A stretch of DNA of 64,000 nucleotides from Trypethelium eluteriae (Eukaryota), in contig JAVECL010000008.1 in the NCBI GenBank assembly GCA_051942245.1, positions 62,001-126,000 on the forward strand, written 5' to 3'. The notes beneath the pieces were generated by a model. That model was not told where the DNA came from. It saw only the letters and a program-made list of their open reading frames with translations, and ran no database searches. This document shows, in pieces, positions 58,370 through 64,000 of the stretch (its first letter is position 1; each line of letters begins with the position of its first letter). The translations under genes and the position numbers were made by a program.

Positions 58370-61135
58370 TCTACGGTAGGCTCGTGCAGGCTCTGGACCT
58401 GCCGTGTTTCCAAAAAGCCCACCAAAGCCTGCTTAAACTCTTCGAAATGTACTCGAAAACGTACCACCTATAGAGCACGTGGATTCTTCTCGATGCTGCC
58501 GTTGCAAAATCAATATCCACGAGCGCAGACTCTATACAATCTGTCCGGATCTGGAAATGACATTCAGAATGCCTATTGGAACGTGGAGTACCCAGCAAAT
58601 TCTACATGATTGCCTGAAAACCATTCAACCTCCAAGCTGGCCTACTGGTACCGGCCTCTTCTTCTAAAAACTATTCATAAGACTGCTAGGTCACGATGGT
58701 AAAATCACAACCTCATCAGATCGATCATGAAAAGATGCGAACAATTCTCCTGGTAGGCCACCAACTTTCAAGGGTGCCGAGAGAACACCTTCGATTGATA
58801 CGGTTGGCCAGACCATTTGGAAATACTCCATGAATTTGCTCTGTCCTTGTCAAGATTCCTCGTACCCTAATTCACTCTCACAATTATTTTTTAGCTTCTC
58901 ATAGGACCATGCAACCATCTACCGTCACAACGATTGTTATGCGGAGCTGCAGCCTCCCGCTATGCAAACACCGACCCTGCTTTTACAACGAGCCAGGGAA
59001 ACGAGTAAAGAGCCCAGAGAGCTGCCAACGGATATACCTGTCGCACTCATACTTGAATGGATAGTTGAGATGGAATTCCACTTTGCTTCATACGCTCTCA
59101 GCAAACTTGGAATGTTTACCTATCAGCATCAATATGTGGTGTTGCTGGATGTCTCAGAATTTGCTTCATCGAGACTCGCTCCTGATCTACCTACTGAGCC
59201 TCGTCATGCTTGAAAGAATCCGGCCCGAGATTTCGATCCATGGCACTTGTCCAATACTGCGTCTTGCATAGCTGGGTTCGCGTACGCGAGGATTAGACGT
59301 AAACGTCCTTGCATTCGTGGAGTCCTACACCATTTCTAAACCATTCCTGACCTTGTATACGAAGTTTTTGGAACTGTGACCGGTAAATCCGCGATACCAG
59401 CTGGCAATCTCCCCAACATTCTTCCTGTAATGTTTCGTGGGTGCAGCCGAACTTTTCTACTTCATCCTAGCAGCGGCGAGCCCAGGTTCTGCGCAGATTG
59501 TGTCCGTTTAGCTGGATTCGAAGATCGCGTCCGTCTCAAAGAAAATTCTTAGCCCGGACTCGGATGGTGTCAAACTTGTCAGGCCTTGACTACTGTGTTG
59601 AGCTTCATACCATGGGTAGGAATGGCTGTCAGTTGCTTTCGGACACTGTTTCACGTAGCTACGCTTCGGTATTACAGTACTGGGACCAAAGTGTCCGGGA
59701 AACCCCCAGCAATTTTTCCGCGCCAGCGAGCGGACGCTGTTTTCACATGACTGTAGTGCTTCGGGGCAGTCAGCCGCATACTCAGGGGCTGAACACAAGC
59801 CGCTGATCCATCCATTGATTCGCACGGTTCCACGACTTCCAGGCAAATGATCTATCAGAGATCTCAAGACATGTCATACTTGCAGTCCGATGCATATGCT
59901 TACCTTCGAAGGAGTCTTTACGTTCCTTATGACGCCTTTGACGCTTCTTCAAAAGTCGACCTCTTAAAACCAACCGACTGTATCTATCTACCGACCTTTG
60001 TGCAGGGAAATGCTTGGAAAAACTCCACAAATGGCCTAGAGCTTGTTCACAGTTATCTATCGTCTGAGTTCCTACTTGATGAATTAATGACAGCACGTAT
60101 GAAGACGGTGCGACTTTTGGCAGACGGAGTCGCTCACCCACAAACAATGCAAGTAAGCTTATCCTACGTGGTCATAATAACATAACAAATGGACCTTGAG
60201 CAGACTGACCTTTAACTAGTCCAAGTGTCGTCTCTTTCGGGTAAGATATATAGGGCGCACAATGTGTCTAATTCCAATACCCTCGGATATGTGCTAGTGG
60301 CGGGCAAACTCTACACAGGCTCGAAGCCAGATATCTCTGCAACGTTGCCGATGTGATGTGTCCATTGTCTGGAATGGTCCTTGGCTGGCTAGCATGTTTT
60401 GGAGGCGAGTAATCAAAGAAGGTTCCTGAGAAGTGAGAGGCCAAAACCGAGAAGGCAAGCGCTCAGCACCATCAACGCTACGTCCCTCAGCCGACAGACC
60501 TCTCGTTTCCTATATGCCCCTTAACTTTGTTCTGCGGTGCTGGCCGTGTTTTGTAATCTCCATTGTTCGATGGCCCAGTCCCTGGGAGTAGTAGACTGGG
60601 TAATTCTGTGGGTTTTGAGGGCCTGCTTGAGCGCTTGCAAGATAGTGGTTGCGAGTATCATTCCTCAGGATAAACTCCGCGGACTAACAACAGTCCGGCG
60701 GCATCTCCTCGACAATCGCATCCCGCTCGTGAGGATGCAGCAGATACATCAAGTGAGGAGCGAGCCAAAGATCGACTTGACCGATACAACTCGAGATGGG
60801 AACGGCTCTCATCAACAACGCAGTTGCCAGTGTCCTTCCCTATTCCAAACCTCTATGATCGCACTAAATTGCCCACGCTACGAGGCACTGACTGGACCGA
60901 TGATGCCGCGGCCGGCGCGAATATCAAGCCCCTTTTCTTGCAGGGTTTCGGGATGTCTCTAAATGTTGGGAGCTCAAACGCAGTCAATGAAATGTACATT
61001 ACTGGGCTGGATGAACGTAGGTTGACGAAATTGATAGAGCAGCTAAAGGAGCGTCTAAGATGGCATCCAGACAGGCTAGAGCTGAGGCACAACGGTCATG
61101 AGAGCACCAATCAGGCTTTAGTTGATGACCGCTGA
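58370..61135 (+). pseudogene. Possible heavily decayed protein-coding remnant, family unrecognised
   Basis: A chain of + strand protein-like fragments broken by stops and shifts (e.g. DMSYLQSDAYAYLRRSLY..PQTMQ then a GTAAGC donor; GLDERRLTKLIEQLKERLRW). No intact ORF over 3 kb. Confidence 0.3.
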
Positions 61136-62092
61136 GCAAAGTCTATGTTGATCTCAGCGAATGAGCTGTCTGCGGGTTGCAAAAAGGAGGTTTGATGTCA
61201 TAAGGGCTGGTATGATCATGGAAATTGACTGTTAAGCGTGGCAAATGGGATGGATTTGTGTGGAAGAGATGCAAATAAGCAAGCTACGAAGTAGAGAAGT
61301 CTACAGACCCTAACCCGCCTATATTCTCTGGGATCAAATTCATCGAATGTAGATGTCTCGATTCCATGCAGTGACAAACTTTATGCACTTTCGTGGCATC
61401 ACATACTCCTTGTGAAATTGAATGGCATCAGACTAGTACACAATCTTGGCGTGGAACTCGAATACTCAGTCTCTGAGATTTAAGTTGAGTGCTAGCCGAT
61501 AGTTACCCTGATAGCTTGTCAAGCCTCCTCGATCTCACATGGAGATTTGAGAATCGAATGCAGAGGATCTAGACGACTATGCGCGGCGCTTGACTCGATA
61601 AGGCTCGCTCCGTCGAGATTGGGACACGTCGAATACTATTTTCGGCGGACTAGACCACTCTTTACCAGGATCTTGCCCACATGGCGTCACTAGAGTCTAA
61701 CGAAATCCAAGCCCGATCTCCTGTTCCTGTCAAACGCTGTCATATTTGACGTGGGTTTCCGGACTTATTCTGCGTCCTGCGCGTCTTGGATTTTTTCGAA
61801 TCTTCTGCGAAAAAGTTTCTGGTGCTCCTATCGCAGCTACATGCATACGTTCCTTTCTTGATCTCGTTCTTGTTTCCCCGCAGATATCGTTATCAAAACA
61901 AGATTTGCCTGGAAGCATCCCTGTTGATTTAAATTGACATGACGACTTAATCTGTCCGCACATATCCTCAGGCCATTTATTTTCAACTTTCGTTTTAAAC
62001 AGTTCTCATCCGAATTCACCCCTCTCTATCCACATTTAGGAACCGGTTCTGTTTTCGTCCGATATCCAATCCTACCACGAAGATATATTGTA

Positions 62093-63072
62093 ATGACTCC
62101 CTTTTTGGTTTTGACCCTATTGGGTGCTGTGCCACTCGCACTCGGCGACGCATCTTCAAAACGAGGACTTATCTTCATACCCGATAATGACCATCCGAAC
62201 GACGATAATGTCTGGGATTCATCAAGCTCAGATTTAACGTGGTACTATAACTATGGGCCGTCTCCGTCCCCCAATTATGCCAACACCAAGCTCGAGTTCG
62301 TACCAATGCTGTGGGGGAATGAGAGCGACAACTCCTTCCTGGATACGGTCTCGGGTCTGATAGACAGTGGTACCAATGTTACGTACGCTCTTGGATTCAA
62401 CGAACCGGACGGAGTGAGCAACGGTGGCTCCGGCATTGCTGCCGAGGATGCTGCCGCAACCTGGATTCGTCTTCTCGAGCCTCTTCGCGAGAAATACCAT
62501 GTCAAGCTAGGCGCTCCTGCAGTAACAGGGTCTCCGTCCGGCTTCACCTGGCTTCAGAACTTCTTCACAGCATGCAACGGTGGTTGTCACCCTGAATTCA
62601 TCCCGGTGCACTGGTATGGAAATTTTGATGGGTTCGCTAGTCACATTGGTCAAGTCAATGCGACCTACATGAACATGTCGATGTGGGTGACTGAGTTTGC
62701 AATTGCAGACGCCAATCTGAGCGATTCTCAGAGTTTCTTCAACATGAGCACACAGTTTTTGGATAGGCTCGCGTAAGTCCATCTCTACCGGTCTTGGAAA
62801 TCAAGACATGCTTCATGATATCAGACTAACAGCCTTCCAGATATGTCGATCGCTACTCTTATTTCGGAGGCTTCCGCAGCTCAGCATCCAACGTCGGTCC
62901 GGATGCCTCAATGCTTGACCAGAACGGTCAGCTCACGGATATCGGAAGTTGGTATTTGGGTGGAAGCGCTACCGGAAATGTTCCGAAGGGCATGGGCAGT
63001 AATGTCCAAGCCAACCTCTCGTTCGTTTGGACATTGTTTGCTATTCTGGTCCTCTTTTGGAGCGCCTCATGA
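62093..63072 (+). CDS. GH128 beta-1,3-glucanase (Asl1-like), probably GPI-anchored
   Basis: Signal peptide, SKRGL, TWYYNYG, EFVPMLWG, LGFNEPD (acid/base), PVHWY, WVTEFA (nucleophile). Intron 62773-62840, then YVDRYSYFG..LTDIGSWY and a hydrophobic tail; TGA at 63070-63072. Confidence 0.93.
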
Positions 63073-64000
63073 CCCAAACTTTAGCGGGCTCTGCCAACTG
63101 CTTTCGTAATGTATAGATCACAAGATAGACACAGCATCTTCAGATGTGGCATAGCAAGGTGTTCCAGGTTCAGCAGATTTTCAAGACTCTGACATTTTGG
63201 TACCTTTTCACCATCGTTTCGCGTTAAGCTCGTGTCAATTTCCAAATTTGCCCTCACTCCGGTATGTTCTCTATGGATGTATATTTTTTATGCCTTCCGA
63301 AGCCTTTACAAAGAGTGCGCGTTACGCGTTTACACAAATATGCATCAGGTAGCTAAGGGTTTTAAGACAGTACATAGCGGGTAGATAAACCGGGCTGTTC
63401 CAGCCGGGTTATATCACGCTTTGTTGAATGGAGCGTAGCTCATTCGAGAGTATCTCGATGCAAAAGGCGTATCATTTTATTTGATGGCATTGTGAATGCT
63501 ATGAAGGTGTCCATGCCTCTATCCTCGAGATCTTTCGAGTGCGGAGGTACTCCTTACTCGAGCTAGTACAGTGGTCATTTTTGAAGTGGGAGAGCACTAG
63601 ACTGGGGGGCCTGGATACTACCAATCAGTATCCGTACTAGCCTTGTCTAGCCTCTGCCATCAACCCATGTAAAGACTTAGTAGAATAAATTTTGACCTAT
63701 GAAAAGAATTAATACCTGTAGCAGCTATCCAGTAAAGGACTAAAGCTGTTTTTGAGAACCAATCGGATCACACACTATAGTCTCCTGTCTAGCGCTGTCC
63801 CACTTCAAAAATGACCACTGTACCCAGCATGATCAAATCCGATAGAAGCGCCCGGCTCGGATACAACTTGACGCACCCACCTGAAGCAGAGAGCTCAGCA
63901 GCGCTCAGTGGGCGGCTCAAGGCTTTGTTTTTCCGCAGCCTAATCTCACTCCTCGAGACATCTGCACCCGCAAAAACTGGTACAAATCTTCCTCCGGCCG

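Noticed and set aside
63385..63416. GC-rich hairpin resembling a Helitron 3' end
   Set aside because: Imperfect stem, no CTRR terminus at the right spacing, and no Rep/helicase remnant.

Overview
Eukaryotic DNA from a filamentous ascomycete (Pezizomycotina). Evidence: short GT-AG introns with CTRAY branch points and fungal gene families. About 22 protein-coding loci are recognisable. Core genes: SLD5, Cdc25/MIH1 phosphatase, UBP14, POL5, Wee1/SWE1 kinase, a FUSC-like transporter, an MFS monocarboxylate transporter and a 2H-phosphoesterase. Accessory genes: a HET-NB-ARC-TPR NLR and a PTH11-like receptor (each with one apparent single-base frameshift), a large GPI-anchored wall protein, a secreted beta-propeller, an arylamine N-acetyltransferase, F-box-like proteins and a GH128 glucanase. 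There is also a decayed GH76 pseudogene and two orphans: a secreted Pro/Arg-rich plus Asp/Tyr-rich polyampholyte with Kex2-type sites, and a 174-aa helical protein. Notable non-coding signals: repeated strand-symmetric C-rich to G-rich skew switches, an oversized structured intron, and uORF-bearing leaders on both CDK1-Tyr15 regulators. I found no tRNA, rRNA, CRISPR array or intact transposon. Family assignments come from motif recognition by eye; no database search was run.
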